A DNA stretch of 64,000 nt from Parachlamydiales bacterium (lineage in GTDB: Bacteria; Chlamydiota; Chlamydiia; Chlamydiales; Rhabdochlamydiaceae): positions 30,746-94,745 of the forward strand of contig JAHFTQ010000006.1 in NCBI GenBank assembly GCA_023265455.1. Direction: 5' to 3'. The notes below the pieces were generated by a model, which did no database searches, was not told the DNA's origin, and saw only the letters and a list, made by a program, of their open reading frames with translations. Shown one piece after another: positions 19,234 to 28,758 of the stretch (the stretch's first letter is position 1; each line of letters opens with the position of its first letter). The position numbers and the translations under genes were made by a program.

Positions 19234-20214
19234 TTAAGTAGTTACGGCAGGCTGGGGTGAAGATTTAATAATATACCCCTGTTTAAGTTCTGCGGCATAG
19301 ACGACCCAAAGACCCAGGCAGACAACACCGGTGGATAGGAAAATCATCAAGGAGAGCGGCTCTCCTAAAAAGAGCCAGCCGTGGAGGGAGGCAAAAATCG
19401 GGCTGAGTAGGCCGATAAATGATAAGAACGTCACGGTGAATCGTCTGAGCATCAGGGTGTAGAGGTTGGTGCAGATGATATTAGAGATAAACGCCATGAG
19501 GACGATCCAGCCAAAGAAGGGGACAAGATTGGTAGCCATGACAGGAATAGGGTGCCACGCTTCAGCAAAAAAGGAATGGGCAAAGGCCATGATCCCGCCG
19601 ATCATCATGCTACTGCCATTGGCCATCACGGGGGAGATCATTTGGTCTTTAACAATGAGGCGGAGTAGGACCCATCCATAGACAGAGCAGAGGGCCGCGC
19701 CTACCATGGCCAGCGATGGCCAAGAGAAGAAACTAAAAGCATTCAGAAGCTCTTCTCCTCCGGTTTGTAAGAGCAAAACGGGGATAATTCCCAGGAAGCC
19801 GATGCTGAGTCCCACGGCTTTTCGGAGGTTGATTTTTTCATTGAAGTGGAGGTAGGAAAAAAAGGCGGCAAAGAAAGGGGAGAGGCTATAGATAAAGCAG
19901 GCTTTTGCAGCAGAAAGGTACTGCAGGGCCCAAAATTCTAATACGTTAGTAAGATAGATGCTAAAAAAGGCTAGAAATCCAATTGAGAGCCATTGAGACC
20001 GGCTGATTTTGAATGATGACCGTTTTGTCAAAAAAAGATAGCCGAGCAAAATGAGTCCTGCGATGGCCATACGAGCCCCCGTCAAAAAGAAAGGAGGGCT
20101 ATACTGGAGGGCAATCTTAGCCAGCGAAAACATGCTGGACCAGATGCCGTACATAGCGATGACAACCAAAATAGACATGGGAGAGATCATACCACTCCCC
20201 AGGAATGAGGTCAA
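19234..20214 (-). CDS. EamA/DMT superfamily transporter
   Basis: 326 aa with about 10 hydrophobic helices in two repeated halves, as in the EamA architecture. Confidence 0.7.
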   Translation of the reverse strand: MTSFLGSGMISPMSILVVIAMYGIWSSMFSLAKIALQYSPPFFLTGARMAIAGLILLGYLFLTKRSSFKISRSQWLSIGFLAFFSIYLTNVLEFWALQYLSAAKACFIYSLSPFFAAFFSYLHFNEKINLRKAVGLSIGFLGIIPVLLLQTGGEELLNAFSFFSWPSLAMVGAALCSVYGWVLLRLIVKDQMISPVMANGSSMMIGGIMAFAHSFFAEAWHPIPVMATNLVPFFGWIVLMAFISNIICTNLYTLMLRRFTVTFLSFIGLLSPIFASLHGWLFLGEPLSLMIFLSTGVVCLGLWVVYAAELKQGYIIKSSPQPAVTT

Positions 20215-20232
20215 TCCCTACCACTAAAGAAT

Positions 20233-21684
20233 TTATTCAATACGAATCGAATAAAATCTTGTCACTTTCCCATGACGGATGAGAAGCAAGATCCGTTTAT
20301 TTTGAGAGGCTTCGCTCAAAATATCTTCATAATCTTTAGTATTCAAAACTTTTTTATGGTTGATCGCCTGGATTAAGAACCCCGGGCGTAGGCCCGCTAA
20401 AGCCGCAGGGGATCCGGGTTTGACCTTGGTGATCACGACTCCTTGCTCTTCTGGGGAGTACCCGAGCTGACGGGCTAGGTCACCTGAGAGATCTTCAATT
20501 TCAATTCCCAGTTTTTGTGAGATGACAGCCGGGGCGGCTCCTTTGTCAGCGGCGGATCCGAGAGTAACGGGAACGGTTAAAATTTTGCCTTTGCGGTTGA
20601 CTTTCAGCTGGACTTGCTGCCCCGGATTAATCATGGAAATATCATAACGAAATGATTGGAGAGACTTGATCGGCTTATTGTTGTATTCCAAGATGATGTC
20701 GCCTTGTTGCAGGCCAGCTTTTTCTGCAGGAGATCCCTTCTCAACTCCCGTAATAAGAACCCCTTCAACCTTGGGGAGGTTAAACCCTGCAGCGATGTCT
20801 TTGTCAATGGGCTGCAAGCTGATCCCTAAGAATCCCCTTGTGACAGACCCTTTTTGGATGAGTTGATCCATCACATTTTTTGCCATATTGCTCGGAATTG
20901 CAAAACCGATTCCCATATAGCCGCCCGTGCGCGAAACGATAGCGGTGTTAATACCAATGACATGCCCTGCTAAATCTAGAAGAGGTCCTCCAGAATTTCC
21001 CGGATTAATCGCAGCATCTGTTTGAATGAAGTCTTCCAAATCGGTAATGTTCAGCCCTTGTCTGCCTTTTGCGCTGACGACACCGACAGTCAAAGAGGCT
21101 TGGAGTTGGAATGGACTTCCAATCGCAATCACCCATTCACCCACATCCAGAATTTCAGAGTCTCCTAATTGCAAAAAGGGGTAGTCTTTACCATCAATTT
21201 TTTCGATTTTAATCACAGCAAGATCGGTATGAGGATCGGCTCCCACAAGCGTGGCTTTTTGGATGTCCCCATCATTGAGAGTGACTTCGATTTTATCAGC
21301 TCCTTTGACGACGTGAGCGTTCGTAATGATGTAACCATCAGCAGAGACTAAGAAGCCCGATCCTTGGCCGATCTGAGGTTGCGGCTGTTGAGGTTTGCCG
21401 TAAGGAGCGCCAAAAAATCGTTGGAAAAGATCATCTCCAAAGGGAGATGCAGGCCCTTCTGGATAGCCGAAACCGTCAGATTCTGCAGCATTAATTTCGA
21501 CTTTGATAAAGACGACTGCTGGAGTAGCTTTTTTAGCAACCGAGGTAAATCCTTTTGAGAGTTGCTTGAGAGCGCAGGCACACTCTTCTTTACACGGACA
21601 GGAGTCATCGGCTTTTGCAGGAGTAACCGAAGATAAGATGAGAGGTAAGGTGAGAAGAAGGGCTGCACGGGCTAAAATTTTCAT
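20233..21684 (-). CDS. htrA: Periplasmic serine endoprotease HtrA/DegP (trypsin domain plus two PDZ domains)
   Basis: Signal peptide, TNAHVV (His), DLAVIK (Asp), GNSGGPL (Ser), and two PDZ-like blocks (GFLGISLQ...; GDIILEYNN...; PGFLIQAINHKKV). Confidence 0.95.
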   Translation of the reverse strand: MKILARAALLLTLPLILSSVTPAKADDSCPCKEECACALKQLSKGFTSVAKKATPAVVFIKVEINAAESDGFGYPEGPASPFGDDLFQRFFGAPYGKPQQPQPQIGQGSGFLVSADGYIITNAHVVKGADKIEVTLNDGDIQKATLVGADPHTDLAVIKIEKIDGKDYPFLQLGDSEILDVGEWVIAIGSPFQLQASLTVGVVSAKGRQGLNITDLEDFIQTDAAINPGNSGGPLLDLAGHVIGINTAIVSRTGGYMGIGFAIPSNMAKNVMDQLIQKGSVTRGFLGISLQPIDKDIAAGFNLPKVEGVLITGVEKGSPAEKAGLQQGDIILEYNNKPIKSLQSFRYDISMINPGQQVQLKVNRKGKILTVPVTLGSAADKGAAPAVISQKLGIEIEDLSGDLARQLGYSPEEQGVVITKVKPGSPAALAGLRPGFLIQAINHKKVLNTKDYEDILSEASQNKRILLLIRHGKVTRFYSIRIE

Positions 21685-21768
21685 AAGAGTTCCTTGAGGT
21701 TTTCTATTTTTATAGCTCAGACCGATTTTTTTTCCTATTTTTTCCGAGAGTTGCTAGACTTTAGGCCT

Positions 21769-22083
21769 ATGAAAATAATATTCGTGATTATTCCACTCCT
21801 CATCTTGTTGTTCTATAAAAGAAAAAAACAGATAGGAAAACCTTGGCAAGGGGCAGTTGGAAAAGTGGTGATCAATCAGATTCCATTGAGCTGCCAGATC
21901 TGTCAATGTAATTATTTCTCAAAGAGAGAAGCGTTGATTCCAACGACGTTTCTCACTTTTTTTGGGCTTCATTATTTCAATCAAAGCGGTTCGGCCTACG
22001 TCTGTCAATCGTGTGGATTTATCCACTGGTTCAGCCGTCCCAAAGAGAGCGAGGTCGAGTTCATTTACGACCGCACGTCATAA
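21769..22083 (+). CDS. Small membrane-anchored zinc-ribbon-like protein
   Basis: An internal ATG at 21769 gives MKIIFVIIPLLILLFYKRKK (a transmembrane anchor), followed by CQICQC...CQSCG cysteine pairs. Confidence 0.4.
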   Translation: MKIIFVIIPLLILLFYKRKKQIGKPWQGAVGKVVINQIPLSCQICQCNYFSKREALIPTTFLTFFGLHYFNQSGSAYVCQSCGFIHWFSRPKESEVEFIYDRTS

Positions 22084-22146
22084 CCCTGAATGTCTTGATA
22101 TTAATTTTTATACAGTATAAATTTTCCTGACATCAGGAGAAGCTAG

Positions 22147-24582
22147 ATGTCTACCAGTTCAACTGTTACTGCTTTTTCTCAAGGGGCTCTTCGTTTTTTC
22201 GATTATCATATATCGCCAGAAGGAAGGATAAATTTTCTACAAGATACTTCTTCGAGCTCGGGTGCTGTGAAAGCTCAAGTTTCTAATGTTCAAGGGACCG
22301 TCTCAGTTAAATTGCCTGAATCGGATCAGCTAGGAATAATGACCTTTGATTCGACTAAGCTCAAAATTCAGCAGTTATTACGAAATGTTCATTTAAAACC
22401 TATTTATCTTCAGGAGCTCAATGAGGTTCAGTTTGTTCCTATTTCACCCGAAGGCAAAATTTGGGAAAAAAGAGCTGAGATTTCTCATTGGGGTGTTAAA
22501 CACTGGGTAGCTCGTTTAAATGGGATGATTACGTATTTGAATAATGAGGGCGAGATAACAACATGGAATTGGGTAGATAATTCAAAAAAAACCGAACCGA
22601 ATTTTAGTGAAGCTAAGAAGGTGTGCATTACAGCATTTTCTGAAAAAACAGACGGTTCTCTCATCATGGGGGATAAGGAGGGGAGAGTATGGTCTGGTGG
22701 AAAGATCGTATTTGATACGGGGAAAAAGGAACCTATTGAAAAAATTGCCCCACTAGGACCCGCCCATTGTCTCGTAGTATTCAAGGGTAATTCAACAATC
22801 ATTGTAGATTATGGTTCTGAGAAAATTTTGAAGGACTTGGGAACATCGTCATCCTTTTTTGTTGTCAGAGAAGAAAAAATTGTTGTTTTAAGTGATTCTA
22901 AATTGGCAGTTTATCAATACAACCCCAGCGAAAATTCTTATCAGACTATAGAGCATCCCTACCAGCAATTAGAGGGAATTAAGGAAATTAAACAGGTCTC
23001 ATCGACTAAAGTGCTTGTATTTCATGAAGACGTTTATTTGTGGGATGTTGAAAAAAACCTTAAAGAATCCTGTCTAGATAGAGGAGTGCCACCCTACTAT
23101 TTGAAAAAGCTAGTGATTTGTTTGGATGATGAAACGTTATGCGTCAATGATCCTACTAAAATAGGGCTAGGCAATTGTCGGGTTTCGTTTTTTAATAAGG
23201 AAGGGGAATGTTTTCATGGGGATGCCGCAGGAACTTGGGGTATCCTTGATATGATTCTTCTTTCCGATAGTACGGTCATGTATGCAACAGATCAAAGGGG
23301 TGGGCAAGTTCATATTGTTACAAGACAGGGAAGAGTGATTTTCTCAAAATTCATTCAAGACTTAGCCGGTCACGATGGCCAGATACAAAAGCTCAAAGAA
23401 TTAGCCGATGGCTCAGTTGCTGTTATGTTTCGCGATAATATTTTAATTCTTAAGCCACGCATTGATCAGTCAGAAGATCAAAAATATTTGAATGAAAAAG
23501 CCGAGCTAGAACGAAAACACCAGATCGAAAAATACACTCTAGAATTGAAATACAACCCTGATAAGATAAGCCTTTACGCTGAGCTGGCTAATTCTTATAC
23601 AAATACTGAAAAGCAGTATGAAACCTATTTATCTGGCTTAAAGGCGGCTATTCGGATTTCTAATTTTTATCAGGCGCGGCGTTTTTATGAACGTGCCCGA
23701 CGGATTAAAAAGACTGACGAAGAACCTTGCCGGTTTTTTCTTGCCTATCTTCAAAATTCTCCTCACGAAAAAATTACACGATCGGTCCAGCTGGATCTAT
23801 TCAAGCTCACAGAAAATCCAAAGGATCGGCCTACACCAGATAAAAAGATTAAAGAACGATTGTTCGTTGGCGAAGGAGATTTTACCTATACAGAGGCGTT
23901 TATCAAAAAACATGAGAAAAGCCATCCGGATTTAAGCAAAGCCATCACTGCATCGGAGTTTTTGTCAGTGACGGATAAAACAGTTAATAGCAGAATCGAT
24001 CTTCTGAAAAAAAAGGGTGTTAAGATAGAAGAGAGTGTGGATGGCCGTAGTATACATGAAAAGTTTATAAATCGAAATTTTAAGCGGATTCACTGGAATT
24101 GCCCTTTTGGAGACAATGGAAGCTATGAATCAAAGGAACAATTTAAAAAAGTTATTCCCCAATTTTTTCGATCTTGTCGTCAATTGCAGAACAATAAAAA
24201 TCGTGTCCATGTCACCTTAGTCCAAGGAAATGAGTATTCAAAAGAAAGGCAACTGGAGAACCCTATCGTTCTAGGTGCAACCTCTAATGCTTATCGCTTG
24301 ATTCGGAAAAGACGGTTTGGGGCTGAGCGTTATCCGGGGTATCGACATGTCAAGACAGGTCGGACAACTCTCTACGATGCGGGCGGGCAAGAGATGGAGT
24401 TTGTGTTTGAGAAAACCGATTGTTCTGAATCTGATCCTCTTAAATTAAAAGATCCGAGTCAGAAAGAGTATAAAGTTATATCCGAACCGCCGGTTTCAGA
24501 AGAGAGCAAGATGGATCTTAGCCAGAGCCATTTTGAATGCAGTACAGATGACGATTCATCTGACTGCTATGATTCTGAATAG
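22147..24582 (+). CDS. Large effector-like protein: N-terminal beta-propeller-like region, helical middle, C-terminal BMT5/DUF2431-like methyltransferase domain, acidic tail
   Basis: The C-terminal region (about 23851-24415) carries LFVGEGDFTYTEAF, FKRIHWNCPFGD, VHVTLVQG, ERYPGYRHVKTG and MEFVFEK. These match the DUF2431 hallmark blocks (VGEGDFSF; FDRIIFNFPH; IHVT; YPGYxH; a terminal F-x-F block). Confidence 0.7.
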   Translation: MSTSSTVTAFSQGALRFFDYHISPEGRINFLQDTSSSSGAVKAQVSNVQGTVSVKLPESDQLGIMTFDSTKLKIQQLLRNVHLKPIYLQELNEVQFVPISPEGKIWEKRAEISHWGVKHWVARLNGMITYLNNEGEITTWNWVDNSKKTEPNFSEAKKVCITAFSEKTDGSLIMGDKEGRVWSGGKIVFDTGKKEPIEKIAPLGPAHCLVVFKGNSTIIVDYGSEKILKDLGTSSSFFVVREEKIVVLSDSKLAVYQYNPSENSYQTIEHPYQQLEGIKEIKQVSSTKVLVFHEDVYLWDVEKNLKESCLDRGVPPYYLKKLVICLDDETLCVNDPTKIGLGNCRVSFFNKEGECFHGDAAGTWGILDMILLSDSTVMYATDQRGGQVHIVTRQGRVIFSKFIQDLAGHDGQIQKLKELADGSVAVMFRDNILILKPRIDQSEDQKYLNEKAELERKHQIEKYTLELKYNPDKISLYAELANSYTNTEKQYETYLSGLKAAIRISNFYQARRFYERARRIKKTDEEPCRFFLAYLQNSPHEKITRSVQLDLFKLTENPKDRPTPDKKIKERLFVGEGDFTYTEAFIKKHEKSHPDLSKAITASEFLSVTDKTVNSRIDLLKKKGVKIEESVDGRSIHEKFINRNFKRIHWNCPFGDNGSYESKEQFKKVIPQFFRSCRQLQNNKNRVHVTLVQGNEYSKERQLENPIVLGATSNAYRLIRKRRFGAERYPGYRHVKTGRTTLYDAGGQEMEFVFEKTDCSESDPLKLKDPSQKEYKVISEPPVSEESKMDLSQSHFECSTDDDSSDCYDSE

Positions 24583-24585
24583 TTT

Positions 24586-25044
24586 TCACGGTTGGGGTGT
24601 AGCAGGTGCCTGAGGAGCTCGGATGAGCTTTCCATTGACGCTAGCGCCGGTGAGAGTGTTCGTGATTTTAGAGGGAAAGAGGGGATCTCCACTCGGTTTG
24701 ATGGAAGCTGCAAAGGGTGTCAGCCAGAAGGCTGCTTTGGCTTGATCTGTAGGGGCAATCTCATAGATAGAGCCATCACTGAACATGAGCTGTGAGCCGT
24801 TGTTCATGTTTTGCTGGAGATAGAGTTGAGGAGCGGCTGCAGTGGTCGCCTTGAGGGTAAATTTCTCATTGATCCAATTTTCCAGTTCTTTTTTCTGGGT
24901 ATCCGATAATTGGGAGACGCCTGTTTTACGTTGTTCATCAGGTGTCATCATGTCCTGAAGCTGAATGGTTCCGAGTAGCTTACTTGAATAAAAAGCTGTC
25001 ACGGCAAAAATTGTCAAAGTTGAAATCACACGAATTAGTTGCAT
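24586..25044 (-). CDS. Hypothetical secreted protein
   Basis: 152 aa with an N-terminal hydrophobic signal-like segment (MQLIRVISTLTIFAVTAFYSSKLLG). It converges on the previous gene with a 3-nt gap. Confidence 0.5.
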   Translation of the reverse strand: MQLIRVISTLTIFAVTAFYSSKLLGTIQLQDMMTPDEQRKTGVSQLSDTQKKELENWINEKFTLKATTAAAPQLYLQQNMNNGSQLMFSDGSIYEIAPTDQAKAAFWLTPFAASIKPSGDPLFPSKITNTLTGASVNGKLIRAPQAPATPQP

Positions 25045-25237
25045 AGTAATTTCATTCTCTAAAATAATTGTATTAAAATAGCAAGTTTTTACGGCCCCTA
25101 ACAGTCTCTCAGAGATTGAAGCGGCTGTTTCATACCATCATCAAATTTCCAATGTATGACATTTTTTCGTACGAAAAAGTGTGAGATTTCACACTTATTG
25201 GTACGAATAAATGGGGGTTTAGGCTAAATTAAGGATT

Positions 25238-25567
25238 ATGAAGCGTCAAATCATGGACAAGCTCTGGACCTGGAAGGCTGACCCCAAGAGAAAGCCTTTA
25301 ATCCTTATGGGAGCCAGGCAGGTAGGTAAAACCTTTGTCTTAAAGAAATTTGGGGAACTCGAGTATGCAAACACCGTTTACCTGAATTTTGAAGACACTC
25401 CTCGGCTTTGCAAGCTGTTTGAGGACAGCTTAGATCCGGAAGTCATCTTAAAATCTCTGGCAATTGAGATGGATACCCACATCGTTGCTGGAAAAACACT
25501 CATTATTTTCGATGAGGTTCAAGAATGTCCCAATGCCCTAAACAGCCTCAAATATTTTTGTGAAGAC
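25238..25567 (+). pseudogene. 5' part of a DUF4143-type AAA ATPase gene interrupted by an IS607-family element
   Basis: KRKPLILMGARQVGKTF (Walker A) and LIIFDEVQE (Walker B). Homology to the intact paralog at 39946-41313 ends after ...LKYFCED. Confidence 0.85.
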
Positions 25568-25586
25568 ACTGTTCCTAAAAACGTGA

Positions 25587-27140
25587 TTAAACGTGTTCAT
25601 TTTGTTTCGCTCTCTGATTGACCGTCCGGTTTTTACGAGATTTCTCTCTCCCGGCTGTGACATTTTCAGTCTCGATAGGAACGGTGGATACATCCCTAGT
25701 TCGGTGTCTAGAGTCCTGCCCGGAACAGTCAGGGGGTTCTCCCCTTTCCAATCGGCGATGGAACCTGTCTTGAAGAATGATTTTCACTTGACTGTAAGGC
25801 GTATACAGTCCGATCTCGGGATCGTTCATTCTTCTGGCATAGTTCAGTGCGGCAATCCGATCTGCTGTGTCCTCATGTCTACAATGTAGACATTGAAAGC
25901 GGTCTCCCATGCGATTTCCTTGATCCACAAATTCACAAAGGGGACAGCTTTGAGAGCCATAGGCCGGATTGACCTGCTCATGGCGGAAACCTTCCGCCAG
26001 CGCTTTAAAGGCTATTCGATCTTGTATTTTTCCTCTGATCCACGAAGATAGCCGTCTGTTCACTTTTTTGGGTTTATCATAGATAAAGGCATGTCTTAGA
26101 TTTTCTGTGACCAAGATAGAGGGTTTTTTTGTGTGGATGAGTTGGTTGATGGAGGTATTGATTTGTTTTTCTAAAGTGGCTTTAACGCTTTGGGAGTTGG
26201 AGTGCTGTTTTTTCTTGCCAAGGTTGAATTTACGAAGGCGCTTAGCTTGCTGAGGGTTGCTAAGTCTTCGTTTTTTCTCAAGGGAGTGGAGTTTATGCCG
26301 TTTTTGCATTTTATGAGACAAGGTATCTGAGGCTTGGGTCAGTGTCGTCCCAAATTCTGTGCCATAGCGGATGCCTTGAGTGTCTGTCATCACTTCGGTA
26401 TAACCCAAGTCAACGGCCTCCAGGGATGTTTTAGGAGTGGTTTTCTTTTTTAATGCTTGGGGAATGTGAAGGTTAAATGTATTGTCAGCTGAGTAAATGA
26501 GTGTGATTGTGCCGGAGATGGCTGTTTTGCCGGAGAGGGGGATGCAAATCCTTTTGCCGGGTGTCAAAGACATGAGCTTTATGTATTGGCACTCTTTTTT
26601 TTCAAATACATCGTAACAGTTGGCATCAAATCGGACGCTTCTGGATATTTTGACGGTAGGAGGCTTCCCTTGGCAAGCTCTGATCAGTCTTCGTACATAA
26701 TTTGCAGTGCGTTTTTGAGCTGATTTTTCGATTGGGAAAGAGGGGTCGGGACTTTTGCCTTGCATCATGGCTGCAAATGATGAGGAGCTTTTGAGGAGCC
26801 AGTAAGCATAATGCTGCTCTATTTCTGTGAGGTCTTTGCGACGAGCAATCTTTGGACGGACTTTAACAAAAAGGGCTTGCCAGTATTTGTTCCATGTTTC
26901 GGCTGCGTCTTCAAGGGCAAGTTTCCAATGACGGGCTTGCAGCCCTTGGGGAGATTTATATGCTTGCTTAATCATCTTGTCGCGGATGGTTCGTGGTCTG
27001 TCTAAATGAACTTGGAAGCTCCAGGCTTGAAATTGACGCAGCCAGTACTGTTTTTCATTGGAATAGGCCTGGCAGATGTCTCTCAGAGAAATTTGTTTTT
27101 TAGCATTGAGTCGTAAAGTATCACGCTTAAGGGTTCTCAT
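25587..27140 (-). CDS. tnpB: TnpB (OrfB) RNA-guided endonuclease family protein
   Basis: RuvC-I AVDLGYT, RuvC-II ILVTENL, zinc ribbon CPLC...CLHC, RuvC-III DTADRIAALNYA. It overlaps the tnpA stop by 14 nt. Confidence 0.85.
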   Translation of the reverse strand: MRTLKRDTLRLNAKKQISLRDICQAYSNEKQYWLRQFQAWSFQVHLDRPRTIRDKMIKQAYKSPQGLQARHWKLALEDAAETWNKYWQALFVKVRPKIARRKDLTEIEQHYAYWLLKSSSSFAAMMQGKSPDPSFPIEKSAQKRTANYVRRLIRACQGKPPTVKISRSVRFDANCYDVFEKKECQYIKLMSLTPGKRICIPLSGKTAISGTITLIYSADNTFNLHIPQALKKKTTPKTSLEAVDLGYTEVMTDTQGIRYGTEFGTTLTQASDTLSHKMQKRHKLHSLEKKRRLSNPQQAKRLRKFNLGKKKQHSNSQSVKATLEKQINTSINQLIHTKKPSILVTENLRHAFIYDKPKKVNRRLSSWIRGKIQDRIAFKALAEGFRHEQVNPAYGSQSCPLCEFVDQGNRMGDRFQCLHCRHEDTADRIAALNYARRMNDPEIGLYTPYSQVKIILQDRFHRRLERGEPPDCSGQDSRHRTRDVSTVPIETENVTAGREKSRKNRTVNQRAKQNEHV

Positions 27141-27735
27141 TGTCTCTTGCCATCTCGATTATCTTTTTTTTGTATTTTCTCAGTCCATCTAAACGGCTGG
27201 AAAAACAATGTATAATTGATAGGAGGTCTTTCGTCATTTCTTGTTCGGGAGAAAGGGTATCGGCATTCATAACAAGAATAGAAACGCCGTGATCCTTGCA
27301 GAATTTTTCAAACCATTCGAATCCGAAGCGGACTAATCTATCTTTATGAGCTATTACAATTTTAGAGATCTCTCCTTGTTCTACCATTTCCATCAGATGC
27401 AAGAAATGTTTCCGTTTGTAATTTAATCCGGAGCCGATATCTTCTATTTTTTTATCAATGATCATTCCTGCTGCCAAGCAGAAGGATTCTACAGCATTCT
27501 TCTGCGAAATCAAATCCTTTTTTTGACTTGCACTTGATACTCGACAATATGTGACTAATAGACGTCTTTTAGACTTTTGCCCTGTGACCTGTAAATACTG
27601 ATCATGGGTATAGTAGCGTCGTTGTGTAATAGAGCGATGGGCCTTGAGTAGTCCTTTTCGATCCCATCTTTGAAGGGTTTTTGTTGTTTTCCCGATCAGC
27701 AATCCAAATTTACCAGGAGAATATATGTTCTTCAT
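27127..27735 (-). CDS. tnpA: IS607-family serine recombinase transposase (MerR-like HTH plus resolvase catalytic domain)
   Basis: The N-terminal HTH is GKTTKTLQRWDRKGLL, followed by YCRVSSASQKKDL, the catalytic serine motif. Confidence 0.85.
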   Translation of the reverse strand: MKNIYSPGKFGLLIGKTTKTLQRWDRKGLLKAHRSITQRRYYTHDQYLQVTGQKSKRRLLVTYCRVSSASQKKDLISQKNAVESFCLAAGMIIDKKIEDIGSGLNYKRKHFLHLMEMVEQGEISKIVIAHKDRLVRFGFEWFEKFCKDHGVSILVMNADTLSPEQEMTKDLLSIIHCFSSRLDGLRKYKKKIIEMARDNENP

Positions 27736-27782
27736 GGGTATGAATTTTCACATATGCGTATATTTTTATACTACTATTAATT

Positions 27783-28757
27783 GCTCCTGAACAACATATC
27801 ATAGCAGCTGGCTCCTTACTGGGAGTTAAGCTGGCTCACACAAAGGGATTTCCTGTTGGTAAAGTACAGTTTTTGACCCTGTACCCGTTAAGTTTTTCTG
27901 AATTTTTAGAGGCTTTGAAGAAGGAAAGATTAAGAACCTATTTCGAAGAATTGAAGGGGTTGGAGCCGCTGCCCTCCAATTTACATGATAGGCTTCTGGG
28001 ACATTTCAAAAAGTATCTTTTTGTTGGAGGTATGCCCGAGGCTGTCGCTGAATATATCGATTCTCAAAATCTGTCTAAGGTTCGTGAAATCCAAGAGGCG
28101 ATTCTCAATGCCTACAGTTTGGATTTTGCCAAGCACGCTCCTGAGGAAGAGATCATGAAAATCAACCAGGTTTGGGGATCCATTCCTAATCAACTCGCCA
28201 AGGAAAATAAAAAATTCATCTATTCTGCCCTGCGCCCAGGGGGGCGCGCTAAAGAATTCGAAATGGCTTTACAATGGCTGATGGAGGCGGGATTGATCTA
28301 CAAAGTCTCCCTTGTCAGTACTCCAAAAATCCCTTTATCGGCTTATGCAGATTTTAACATTTTTAAAATCTATCTCGTCGATGTGGGTCTCTTAGGCGCC
28401 ATGTCTCGGCTATCTGCAAAAACGATTCTTTATGAGAATGAACTCTTTCAGGAATTTCGAGGAGCGATCACTGAAAATTTCGTGGCTCAAGAGCTCGTCC
28501 ATAGCCACTTGCCGTTATTTTATTGGACAAGCGAGGGAAGAGCAGAACTCGATTTTATCATTGAGCAAGATGATCGTATCTATCCCCTGGAAGTCAAATC
28601 GGGAAATTCATCCAAGAAAAAAAGCCTCCGCGTTTATGGCGATACTTATCAGCCCAAACTTCTCGTTCGCATATCTCCGATGAATCTTAAAAAAGATGGA
28701 GATATTTTAAATTGCCCTCTCTACCTACTAGAAAAGCTTTCTATCTTGTTGTCATAG
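27783..28757 (+). pseudogene. 3' part of the interrupted DUF4143-type AAA ATPase gene
   Basis: Reading from 27783 gives APEQHIIAAGSLLGVKLAHTKGFPVGKVQFLTLYPLSFSEFLEAL..., in the frame of the track ORF 27873-28757. It is collinear with the paralog (HVIAAGSLFDFAL...MYMYPLSFIEYLAA). Confidence 0.85.
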
Positions 28758-28758
28758 G

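Larger units (their letters stand above)
25568..27782 (-). mobile_element. IS607-family insertion sequence (tnpA serine recombinase plus tnpB), about 2.2 kb
   Basis: The boundaries follow from the host gene. Joining 25567 to 27783 restores ...YFCED|APEQHIIAAGS... in frame, collinear with YFYEEMPELHVIAAGS in the paralog. I see no target duplication and no long TIRs, as expected for IS607. Confidence 0.8.

Noticed and set aside
25160-25200. Small palindromes (tttttcgtacgaaaaa and agtgtgagatttcacact) upstream of the disrupted AAA ATPase gene, considered as a possible operator.
   Set aside because: They are short and AT-rich, with no second copy upstream of the intact paralog. That is too little evidence for a regulatory call.
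25593-25889. A 98-aa plus-strand ORF antisense to the tnpB 3' end.
   Set aside because: It lies within the IS607 right end. This region is more plausibly the template for the TnpB guide-RNA scaffold, on the opposite strand, than a protein-coding gene.
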